Positions 9,129 through 15,995 of a DNA stretch of 20,000 nucleotides are shown here, in pieces. Made by a program: the position numbers and the translations under genes. The stretch is from an uncultured virus (IMG/VR IMGVR_UViG_3300034418_005550) (Duplodnaviria > Heunggongvirae > Uroviricota > Caudoviricetes), in the IMG/VR virus record IMGVR_UViG_3300034418_005550; one strand, 5' to 3'. Every line of letters begins with the position of its first letter. The stretch's first letter is position 1. The notes beneath the pieces were generated by a model. It was not told the origin of the DNA, made no database searches, and was given only the letters and a program-made list of their open reading frames with translations.

Positions 9129-10304
9129 TTATTCTTCTTCGTCTTTTCCTAAGATTTCATTAACTTTTTGAGCTACATTATTAAGACTTAAAAGTACTGC
9201 AAATGTCTTATGACTTAGAATTGAGCCTCTAGGAAAGCCAATTTTTTCTAAATCAGTTAATGTTCCGTCTGGTAAAGTAAATTGTCCCCAATCAGAAACT
9301 TTATTAATGTAATTGTTATCTAAACTAATTACATCATCTCCTAATAGTTCTAAATATTGCAATTGTAGTTTCCAACTACCACCTAATAAATGAACTTTTC
9401 TTCCTTTAAATGCCTCCCAAGGCACTTCTGTTCCACCATAAGAAGTTGGTACTGAAAATCCTAAAACATAATCTTCAGGTATTTTATCAATGCAATTATA
9501 TTTTGGAATTATTATCATATTTTCTGTATGAGGTGCAATATCATCTGCAAACTCCATAATTTGTTCAAATGTATAATATTCGCAATCATTTGCTCTACAT
9601 TGGTCTGAACTCATAACATCTCTAGTAGTTGCATATTTAGGTTTAAAATGTTTTACTGCAGTTAAATGTTTTTCGTGATTATAGTCTTTCCAATCATTAT
9701 CAATAAATTGTATTTCATGGTGCCATAAAAATCTTTCTGCAACTTCTGGCTTATTTACATATCGAATACTTTCAGTTGAAATTGAGCCACATAACCAACC
9801 AAATTCTTTTGCAATAAATGAACTTGGGTCTAAAGGTGTATAAGAATAAATTAAATCTATCGGTAAATTTCTAGCTACTCTTTTTCCTTTTGGTTTTTTA
9901 TTTATTCCTAAATCTAAAGGCTCTGCAATTTCTTTTAATAATGCGTCTAAATCATCATCATCAAATCCAGTTCCATTCAACCCACTATCTTGTGCAACTT
10001 CTTTTAATAATTCTGCTAAATCATTATCGTTATAACTTGCTAAGTCAGAAATTCTATTATCAGCTAAAACTATTTTTTTAGCAGTTTTATCATCTACATC
10101 TACATATTCAACATTAACTTCGTCATAACCTAACATCTCCATAGCCATAACTGTATGATTACCTGCTAAAATTTCATTATTATTTTTATTTACTACTACA
10201 GAACGAAACTGTCCTAGTTCTTTTATGCTATTTGCAATAGCTCCTACATCTCCTTGACGAGCATTTTTAGGATAATATTTTAGTTCACTTATTTTAATTT
10301 TCAT
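9129..10304 (-). CDS. ParB/Srx-like N-terminal domain fused to a putative TIM-barrel/TGT-like domain (DUF6610-like); candidate DNA-modification enzyme
   Basis: N-term NAR...ILAGNHT...LADNR is the ParBc signature seen fused to phage DNA-modifying enzymes. C-term FIDNDW...KYATTRD...IIPK...VHLLGGS...ISLDNN. Confidence 0.7.
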   Translation of the reverse strand: MKIKISELKYYPKNARQGDVGAIANSIKELGQFRSVVVNKNNNEILAGNHTVMAMEMLGYDEVNVEYVDVDDKTAKKIVLADNRISDLASYNDNDLAELLKEVAQDSGLNGTGFDDDDLDALLKEIAEPLDLGINKKPKGKRVARNLPIDLIYSYTPLDPSSFIAKEFGWLCGSISTESIRYVNKPEVAERFLWHHEIQFIDNDWKDYNHEKHLTAVKHFKPKYATTRDVMSSDQCRANDCEYYTFEQIMEFADDIAPHTENMIIIPKYNCIDKIPEDYVLGFSVPTSYGGTEVPWEAFKGRKVHLLGGSWKLQLQYLELLGDDVISLDNNYINKVSDWGQFTLPDGTLTDLEKIGFPRGSILSHKTFAVLLSLNNVAQKVNEILGKDEEE

Positions 10305-11053
10305 TTTTTACTCTTTTCTATTCTACAATATTGACAAATAAATATCAGCTCTAAATCAATCCAATTATGACCTACTTCATCACAACTTTTTCTCTTTTTT
10401 GGTTGTTTAGCTATTTTACCTAAAATATTACTAAAGTTATTAGCAATACCATTAGGTGTAATATCAATATTTTTCCAATTTGTTTTATACCAAATAGATA
10501 CTTTTTTAATTTCTTCAACAGTTGCGTTTATTTCTTTTAATTCTTTTGTAGCTTTTTGAACTCTGCCTAATTCTCCTCTTGTTGCTTTAGTCCAATCTAT
10601 GCCACATTGATTACATATTTCTTCAAATATTAAATCTCTTTTTCTTACCTTTGTTATATTGGTTTTTGTTCTATTGGTTATTGTTAGGTCATTATCGAGG
10701 ACAACAGGGGTGTCTTTATCAGTACTACTAGGGGTGTCTTTATCTATGAATACAGGGCTAATTGTTCTTAATGTATATAAATTACTTTGATTAGCTCCAT
10801 TATCTTTTGGTGGTCTATTTTGTACTGAAACTGCTTTAATATCTATTAACTCTTTTAAAACTCTATCAATTGAACTTTTAGAACAATTCATATTTTTTGC
10901 TAATGTTGCTCTACTTGGAAAGCATTTATTTGTATCTCTATCTGCATACTTCCATAAATTACCATAAAGAACTTTTGCTTTATCTGAAATATTTGATAAT
11001 AAAATCCATTCAGGAATAATGATAAATTTATTATCAATATCTAATTTATCCAT
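10301..11053 (-). CDS. Phage replication initiator (N-terminal wHTH)
   Basis: SDKAKVLY...CFPSRATLA...SIDRVLKEL...SNLY is the typical phage initiator HTH. Start reassigned to ATG 11053, which has SD AGGAG. Internal iterons. Confidence 0.8.
   Translation of the reverse strand: MDKLDIDNKFIIIPEWILLSNISDKAKVLYGNLWKYADRDTNKCFPSRATLAKNMNCSKSSIDRVLKELIDIKAVSVQNRPPKDNGANQSNLYTLRTISPVFIDKDTPSSTDKDTPVVLDNDLTITNRTKTNITKVRKRDLIFEEICNQCGIDWTKATRGELGRVQKATKELKEINATVEEIKKVSIWYKTNWKNIDITPNGIANNFSNILGKIAKQPKKRKSCDEVGHNWIDLELIFICQYCRIEKSKK
10688..10758. repeat. Iterons / putative origin inside the initiator gene
   Basis: AGGGGTGTCTTTATC at 10706-10720 and 10730-10744 (24-bp period), with degenerate in-phase copies GTCATTATC (10688-10696) and AGGG (10754). 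Confidence 0.65.
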
Positions 11054-11103
11054 TTTTATAACTCCTATATCGTCAATAATTACAAGCTTTTCAGTCTTAA
11101 CAC

Positions 11104-11157
11104 TTATACCAGAGAAATATCTCCTCTTGTCTGAGGGCAACCTCAGGTATGTTTTTT
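11104..11157 (+). repeat. Dispersed intergenic repeat, diverged copy 3
   Basis: Flanks TTATACCAGAGAAATATCTCCT and TCAGGTATGTTTTT are shared with copies 2 and 1; the core is replaced by hairpin CTGAGG-GCAA-CCTCAG. Confidence 0.75.
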
Positions 11158-11165
11158 CACTAAAT

Positions 11166-11205
11166 AAATAAAAATGGGCTAAAACCTAAGTCCTAGCCCA
11201 TTTTT
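11166..11205 (-). terminator. Rho-independent terminator after the annealase gene
   Basis: Minus strand ATGGGCTAGGAC-TTAG-GTTTTAGCCCAT followed by TTTTATTT. Confidence 0.75.
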
Positions 11206-11230
11206 TAGTACGATACAGGGATTATATGTA

Positions 11231-11701
11231 CTATTCTTCTTCAGTGTCTGAACTTACTTGTTCATCTGATTTTAATATATCGTGTAAGATAAAATCTTCG
11301 TTTGCATACAAATGTAATGCAACTCCTAATTTCATACAAACTCTTTTAAAGCCGTCTGCTTCAGCTACTTTTAATCTTTCTGCGTCTGAATTCCAATTAA
11401 ATGGATGTTCGCAAACTCCAGTACTTTCTTTTGTAACTTTTACTCCATTTATTTCAACTGTAAGCCTATAAGTGCAACCAACTAATACTTGTTTAGTTTC
11501 TTGCGTTTTAGGATTAGTTAAAGTTTCTTTCAAATGATAAGGAATGCTTTCATCAAAGTTACCAAATAATGCAATCATTTTTTGCCTTACCATAGAGTGT
11601 TCTACATAATTACCATATTTGCCTTTTGGTGGAGATTTAACTGCACCTTTGCCAAAAGGTTTTGATAATTCTGCATATATTGCTCTTGTTTCTTTATCCA
11701 T
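11231..11701 (-). CDS. Rad52/Sak-like single-strand annealing protein
   Basis: LSKPF...YVEHSMVRQKM...KESTG...LKVAEADGFKRVCMKLGVALHLY matches the Rad52/22 pattern; located next to the initiator. Confidence 0.75.
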   Translation of the reverse strand: MDKETRAIYAELSKPFGKGAVKSPPKGKYGNYVEHSMVRQKMIALFGNFDESIPYHLKETLTNPKTQETKQVLVGCTYRLTVEINGVKVTKESTGVCEHPFNWNSDAERLKVAEADGFKRVCMKLGVALHLYANEDFILHDILKSDEQVSSDTEEE

Positions 11702-11885
11702 TTTTATTACCTTTCATACTTACTACATCACTTGCTATCCATAAAGGACTTTTACCAACTAAGGTAAAAGGTTTAGGTAGCTTGTTATTATATTTCCACA
11801 TCCAAACTGTATTTATTTGGACTTGATAATAATCTGCAATTTCTTTTACAGACCAATAAATGCTCCAAAAGTCTTTTTCTGTCAT
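11694..11885 (-). CDS. AlpA/excisionase-like HTH protein
   Basis: SVKEIADYYQVQINTVWMW...LPKP...PLW pattern. Confidence 0.7.
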   Translation of the reverse strand: MTEKDFWSIYWSVKEIADYYQVQINTVWMWKYNNKLPKPFTLVGKSPLWIASDVVSMKGNKNG

Positions 11886-11887
11886 AA

Positions 11888-12079
11888 TTAGTCCTTTATT
11901 TCTAGTTCTTTAATTTTAGCCATAGAATTTTTATAATTTAAGTCAGCTATATGATATTTCATATCTTGTTTTGCCTGCCTAATTATTATTTCATTTAGTC
12001 TTAGCAATTGTAAATTATTAAGGAAAAGTACAATTAATATACCTCCTAATAATAAAGTGCTAATATCTACTCCGAACAT
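11888..12079 (-). CDS. Hypothetical membrane protein
   Basis: N-terminal hydrophobic helix; SD AGGAGG. Confidence 0.6.
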   Translation of the reverse strand: MFGVDISTLLLGGILIVLFLNNLQLLRLNEIIIRQAKQDMKYHIADLNYKNSMAKIKELEIKD

Positions 12080-12080
12080 A

Positions 12081-12284
12081 TTATCCTCCTACTTTTCTTT
12101 TACTTACATATTTCATAAAGTTACAGCCGTCAAAAGTTGCTCTGCCCCATGCAGTACTTTCTGCATATTGAAAGCCTTTATCAGTTACTATATCGGTATA
12201 AAATAAATCTCCTACTTTTTCTGCTTTTTGGTAATAAAAAATATATCTCCAAGTGTGTTTAGTTTTTACAATTTTTGGGTACAT
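12081..12284 (-). CDS. Hypothetical protein
   Basis: ORF track 12081-12296; ATG 12284 lies just after the upstream stop. Confidence 0.6.
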   Translation of the reverse strand: MYPKIVKTKHTWRYIFYYQKAEKVGDLFYTDIVTDKGFQYAESTAWGRATFDGCNFMKYVSKRKVGG

Positions 12285-12286
12285 AA

Positions 12287-12448
12287 TTACTTCCAAACTA
12301 TTGGAACATCTTTTTGATATTCTTCAGTCCATAATTCTATTTCAGTTTTCTTTTCTTTATAAAATATTTCAAAAATAGCTAATGGTAAAAGAATTAATGA
12401 TATTAGAAACATAATATTTAAAAACCAATATAAAAATTCTATATTCAT
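12287..12448 (-). CDS. Small membrane protein (53 aa)
   Basis: Manual: MNIEFLYWFLNIMFLISLILLPLAIFEIFYKEKK...; TAATG stop/start coupling with the upstream gene. Confidence 0.6.
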   Translation of the reverse strand: MNIEFLYWFLNIMFLISLILLPLAIFEIFYKEKKTEIELWTEEYQKDVPIVWK

Positions 12449-12705
12449 TATTTATTACCTCTAACTCTCTTAATTGCTTTTGCATTATGATTAAGTCCAA
12501 TATTTGCATTATCTCCAATTTCAGTTAAATTAATATAACTTGTAATAATTGGATTAGTTAATTGAATAACTCTATCTGAACTAACAACATGAGTAAGTTG
12601 AATACTTTTACTACCTACACAGTCATCAATATCTAAATCATAACCAACATATTCTTTGCCAAATATTAGGTTATCATTTTCTTCTATTGCCTTATATATT
12701 TTCAT
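12448..12705 (-). CDS. Hypothetical protein, first gene of a putative early operon
   Basis: ORF track; SD AAGGAG; promoter directly upstream. Confidence 0.65.
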   Translation of the reverse strand: MKIYKAIEENDNLIFGKEYVGYDLDIDDCVGSKSIQLTHVVSSDRVIQLTNPIITSYINLTEIGDNANIGLNHNAKAIKRVRGNK

Positions 12706-12713
12706 ATATCTCC

Positions 12714-12761
12714 TTATTATCTAATATAAGATAATTATATAACCATTTTAGAATATAACAA
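12714..12761 (-). promoter_or_regulatory. Sigma70-like promoter plus conserved leader
   Basis: TTGTTA-16bp-TATAAT, then TATCTTATATTAGATAATAAGGAG; near-identical to 8238-8267. Confidence 0.7.
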
Positions 12762-12772
12762 ACTACTATTTT

Positions 12773-12815
12773 AAAAAAAATAAAGCCCATAATTATTACT
12801 AATTACAGGCTCTAT
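12773..12815 (-). terminator. Rho-independent terminator downstream of the que operon
   Basis: Minus strand ATAGAGCCTGTAATTA-GTAA-TAATTATGGGCTTTAT followed by poly-T. Confidence 0.8.
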
Positions 12816-12939
12816 TTAGTCCATGAAAGAAAACGAATAAATAATTTACTCAGAACAACAACCACATTGTCTTAAATATGTAAAGCATTCCTTTCTTTTA
12901 TTATTGTTTAACTAATTATATATTAATAAGAAGATAAAT

Positions 12940-13479
12940 TTATTTAACTAATGATAAAAATTCGTTTCTAGTTTCGCTTTCTTCTCTAAATACTCCACGC
13001 ATAACTGAAGTAATCATTTGTCCGTCAGTCTTAATTCCTCTTGCAACCATACATAGATGGGTTCCTATTCCATAAACTGCTACATCATATGTATTTACTA
13101 AATCTCTAACTTCATTTGCAATATCAGAAACTAGTTTTTCTTGTAGTTGTAATTTATGTGCGTGTTTATGTGCTATTCTAGCAAATTTAGATAATCCTAA
13201 AACTTTATCTCTAGTTATATAACCAATTGCTATTTCTGAACTAAACGGCATTAAATGATGTTCACATAAAGACCAAACTTTTATTCCTTTAACTATAACC
13301 ATTTGGTCTGCTTTTACTGCTTCAAAAGTTGTTCCAATTTTTCCTGCGTCATAATCTATAAACTCTTTCCAAAACTTTGCAACTCTTTTTGGTGTTTCTA
13401 ATAATCCATCTCTATTTGGGTCTTCTCCAATTTCAATTAATAATTCTTTTATTAATTTTTCTATTTTTTCTTGTTGCAT
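12940..13479 (-). CDS. folE: GTP cyclohydrolase I
   Basis: GL.ETPKRVA, SLCEHHLMPF, GLSKFAR, QLQE, HLCMVARG. Confidence 0.95.
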   Translation of the reverse strand: MQQEKIEKLIKELLIEIGEDPNRDGLLETPKRVAKFWKEFIDYDAGKIGTTFEAVKADQMVIVKGIKVWSLCEHHLMPFSSEIAIGYITRDKVLGLSKFARIAHKHAHKLQLQEKLVSDIANEVRDLVNTYDVAVYGIGTHLCMVARGIKTDGQMITSVMRGVFREESETRNEFLSLVK

Positions 13480-14213
13480 TATTTACCTCTTTCATCTGAC
13501 CATAACAAGACATGCAATCTTGGAGATAAGTTATATCCTCTTTTTAGTATTTCATCTGATAGTTGCACCATATTTATAAAATGGTATTTATTATTTTTGC
13601 CTTCAGGCATTATATAAACATTTTTTAAATCGTTTTCTTTTACTATTTCATCTACTTCAAATAAGTCATCTATTTCTTGTACTACAAATTTAAAAGCATA
13701 GTTTTGCGAATATTGCATATATTGTTCTAATACTTTTGGTTTAATAGTTTTTTCTTTTGGCATACCTGCATTTGATAATTTAGGACTAATATTAAAGTAA
13801 TCTATAACATCAAAAAACTCATCATTTTTAGCTAATATTGTTCCATTTGTTTCAATTTCAATAACAAATCCTTTTTGTCTTAGATTTTTCATTACATGAA
13901 ATAATTTACTTTGTTGGCTCATTGGTTCGCCACCAGTAAAAACAATATGACTTCCAAAAGGTAAATTAAGGCTCATTATTTGTCCTACTACTTGCTCAAC
14001 TGTAAAGCCAATAGTTTCTTTTTTAGGGTCATACTTAACTCCATTTTTACCTTTCCAGTCCCAAGTGTATGGAGTATCGCACCAATCACAAGTTAAATTG
14101 CAACCACTAACACGAATAAATGCACTAATCTTTCCAATAGTTTGCCCCTCGCCTTGAAATGTAGGTCCAAAAATTTCATTTATTCTAATTAAAGGTAAAG
14201 TTTTAGTATTCAT
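13479..14213 (-). CDS. queE: 7-carboxy-7-deazaguanine synthase (radical SAM)
   Basis: EIFGPTFQGEG, GCNLTCDWCDT, TGGEP, IETNGT, ISPKL, SPRLH. Start ATG 14213, or TTG 14225. Confidence 0.95.
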   Translation of the reverse strand: MNTKTLPLIRINEIFGPTFQGEGQTIGKISAFIRVSGCNLTCDWCDTPYTWDWKGKNGVKYDPKKETIGFTVEQVVGQIMSLNLPFGSHIVFTGGEPMSQQSKLFHVMKNLRQKGFVIEIETNGTILAKNDEFFDVIDYFNISPKLSNAGMPKEKTIKPKVLEQYMQYSQNYAFKFVVQEIDDLFEVDEIVKENDLKNVYIMPEGKNNKYHFINMVQLSDEILKRGYNLSPRLHVLLWSDERGK

Positions 14214-14580
14214 AATAACTTGCAATAGTTTTATCAGTTTCTTTTACACTTACTTTATTTAAAATATCTTTTTCTCCATATATTTCAATAAACATTGCTT
14301 CAAATTCTTTATAAAAATGTTTAGCCATTTTTTCAGCAGTAGGATTAAAGTTTAAAACATCGTTTAAATGCCTATGGTCTAATTTATTATCTATATATTC
14401 TTTAATAAAATTTAATTCTCCATAGTCAATTATGAAACCAACTTCATCTAATCTCATAGATATTAACTCAACAATTACTACATAATTATGTCCATGCAAC
14501 CTAGCACATTGGTGTTCTTTTGGTAAATTAAGTAATTGATGACTTGCAGAAAAAGTAAATTCTTTAGCTATTGAGTACAT
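14203..14580 (-). CDS. queD: 6-carboxy-5,6,7,8-tetrahydropterin synthase
   Basis: FSASHQL, CARLHGHNY, LDHRHLND, PTAE, ET motifs. Confidence 0.95.
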   Translation of the reverse strand: MYSIAKEFTFSASHQLLNLPKEHQCARLHGHNYVVIVELISMRLDEVGFIIDYGELNFIKEYIDNKLDHRHLNDVLNFNPTAEKMAKHFYKEFEAMFIEIYGEKDILNKVSVKETDKTIASYYEY

Positions 14581-14593
14581 TTCTTACAACCTT

Positions 14594-14654
14594 TCAATGT
14601 TTATGGTCAAAAAAGACCTGTGAGCTTTTGTTCTCTCGGTAGGAAAAAGCATTC
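14594..14654 (-). repeat. Dispersed intergenic repeat, copy 4 (inverted), between queC and queD
   Basis: Reverse complement GAATGCTTTTTCCTACCGAGAGAACAAAAGCTCACAGGTCTTTTTTGACCATAAACATTGA aligns with copies 1 and 2. Confidence 0.85.
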
Positions 14655-14668
14655 ATTGGGTAGTAGCC

Positions 14669-15451
14669 CTACTTATTCTCTTGAAATTCTTGTTGTAATT
14701 TAAGAGCGTTTTCTAAGACTTCGTCCCAACCTCCTACATACTCAACTGGGTCTTGTGTTCCTAATTGCCAAAAAGCTAATATTCGTTCAACATCAGAGCC
14801 AGTTTTTCCACTAGCTCTTCCTTTTTCATCAGGTGCATAACTTGTATTAGTATTTTTTAGAACTGTATTAAAGTCTAAATTTAACTTAACGCAGTTTGCG
14901 TCAGTATCTTGCAATATAGTAAATTTATCTCCATTTAAGTAAGGAAGTTTTAAACTTACTAAATCACTATCCCAATTGCCTACTTTAAAAGCATTCATTG
15001 CCTCTACATAAAATTCAGGTCTGCAATCAGGATAAATTGCGTGGTCGCCACTATGAACTCCAAGTCCAATATCTACTTGGCAATTTTCTTTTGTTGCTAT
15101 TGATAATGCATAACCTGCAATCATAGAAAAGAAAATCATATTTCTATTTGGAACTACTGTAAGTTTCATATTTTCTTGCTCATAAAAGCCCTCTGGCACA
15201 TCAGTATCGCTACTAACTAATGCAGAGTTATATAAATTACCTATTTGAGATACATCTAATACTGTATGTTCTACTTCATAGCCATTTTCTTTTAAATAAG
15301 CTAAATTATCAGATAATCTTTCTAATTCAAGTTTATGTTTTTGTCCATAATCAAAACTTAATGCAGAAACTTTATAATCATTTGCTAAAAAATTAATTAA
15401 AAGTCCTGTACTATCCATGCCTCCACTAAGGCTTAATACTGCTCTTTTCAT
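14669..15451 (-). CDS. queC: 7-cyano-7-deazaguanine (preQ0) synthase
   Basis: PP-loop SLSGGMDS, SFDYGQKH, VVPNRN, HSGDHAIYPDCRPEF. The C-terminal Zn cysteines are absent. Confidence 0.92.
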   Translation of the reverse strand: MKRAVLSLSGGMDSTGLLINFLANDYKVSALSFDYGQKHKLELERLSDNLAYLKENGYEVEHTVLDVSQIGNLYNSALVSSDTDVPEGFYEQENMKLTVVPNRNMIFFSMIAGYALSIATKENCQVDIGLGVHSGDHAIYPDCRPEFYVEAMNAFKVGNWDSDLVSLKLPYLNGDKFTILQDTDANCVKLNLDFNTVLKNTNTSYAPDEKGRASGKTGSDVERILAFWQLGTQDPVEYVGGWDEVLENALKLQQEFQENK

Positions 15452-15846
15452 TATTTCTCCAAATATCCTACTGAAGTAGTTTCAATTCCACCTCTTTTAG
15501 ATTGTTTATTAGTTACTTTTATCCATTTAGGCTCTAAAGTATCAAATAATTTTTGTGCAATATCACTTGCTAATGCCTCGCAAAAATGTCCTACTTCTCT
15601 AAATGTCCATAAATATAGCTTTAATGATTTACTTTCAATACATAATTCATCAGGCTGATATTCAATAGTTAATTCTCCAAAGTCAGGTTGTCCTGTCATT
15701 GGACATAAACTTGTCAATTCATCAGTCCAAAATTTTACTGTTTGAGTATTTTTTGGTGCAGGAAAAGTTTCAAGTTGGTCTAATGGATTTCTTGTCTTTT
15801 TTCCTAATATAGTTAGGTCTTTAGTATATTCTGGCTCATGTGCCAT
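15451..15846 (-). CDS. queF: NADPH-dependent preQ0 reductase (unimodular QueF)
   Basis: Catalytic CPMTGQPD, QueF motif ESKSLKLY, RGG; FCE in place of the usual FHE. Confidence 0.9.
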   Translation of the reverse strand: MAHEPEYTKDLTILGKKTRNPLDQLETFPAPKNTQTVKFWTDELTSLCPMTGQPDFGELTIEYQPDELCIESKSLKLYLWTFREVGHFCEALASDIAQKLFDTLEPKWIKVTNKQSKRGGIETTSVGYLEK

Positions 15847-15851
15847 TTTGT

Positions 15852-15886
15852 CCTCCTAGTTTTGTTTAAGGTTTTCTAGTACTTGA
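15852..15886 (-). promoter_or_regulatory. preQ1-I riboswitch-like element overlapping the queF SD
   Basis: UCAAG-UACUAGAAAAC-CUUAA-ACAAAACUAG-GAGG: a short P1, loop CUAG able to pair with tail CUAG, A-rich tail; immediately 5' of queF. Confidence 0.55.
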
Positions 15887-15917
15887 GATAAGGTTAGCAG
15901 GTATAAAAAATTTGTCT

Positions 15918-15945
15918 ATTATATAATCTGTTCTCGCTATAACAA
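15918..15945 (-). promoter_or_regulatory. Promoter of the que operon
   Basis: TTGTTA-16bp-TATAAT; same -35 hexamer as at 12756-12761 and 19304-19309. Confidence 0.65.
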
Positions 15946-15961
15946 CTAAAATAAAAAAAAC

Positions 15962-15989
15962 TTAGAACAAAAAGTAGAAAAAGTATAAT
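15962..15989 (+). promoter_or_regulatory. Putative promoter of the large ncRNA (divergent from the que promoter)
   Basis: TATAAT at 15984-15989; weak -35 TTAGAA; A-tract upstream. Confidence 0.55.
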
Positions 15990-15995
15990 ATAGGT

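Noticed and set aside
9129..10304. ParB-methyltransferase annotation
   Set aside because: No SAM-binding FxGxG and no (D/N/S)PP(Y/F) or PC catalytic motif.
11054..11140. N-terminal extension of the initiator ORF
   Set aside because: The TTG start lies within the repeat element, whereas ATG 11053 has a good SD.
1414..11471. Plus-strand ORFs 1414-1620, 4335-4538, 5825-6058, 9890-10081 and 11226-11471, and nested minus-strand ORFs 3704-3889 and 5433-5624
   Set aside because: They lie within or antisense to well-supported genes and show no motifs; shadow ORFs.
5090..14654. CRISPR array interpretation of the repeats
   Set aside because: The copies are kilobases apart and one is inverted; there are no regular spacers and no cas genes.
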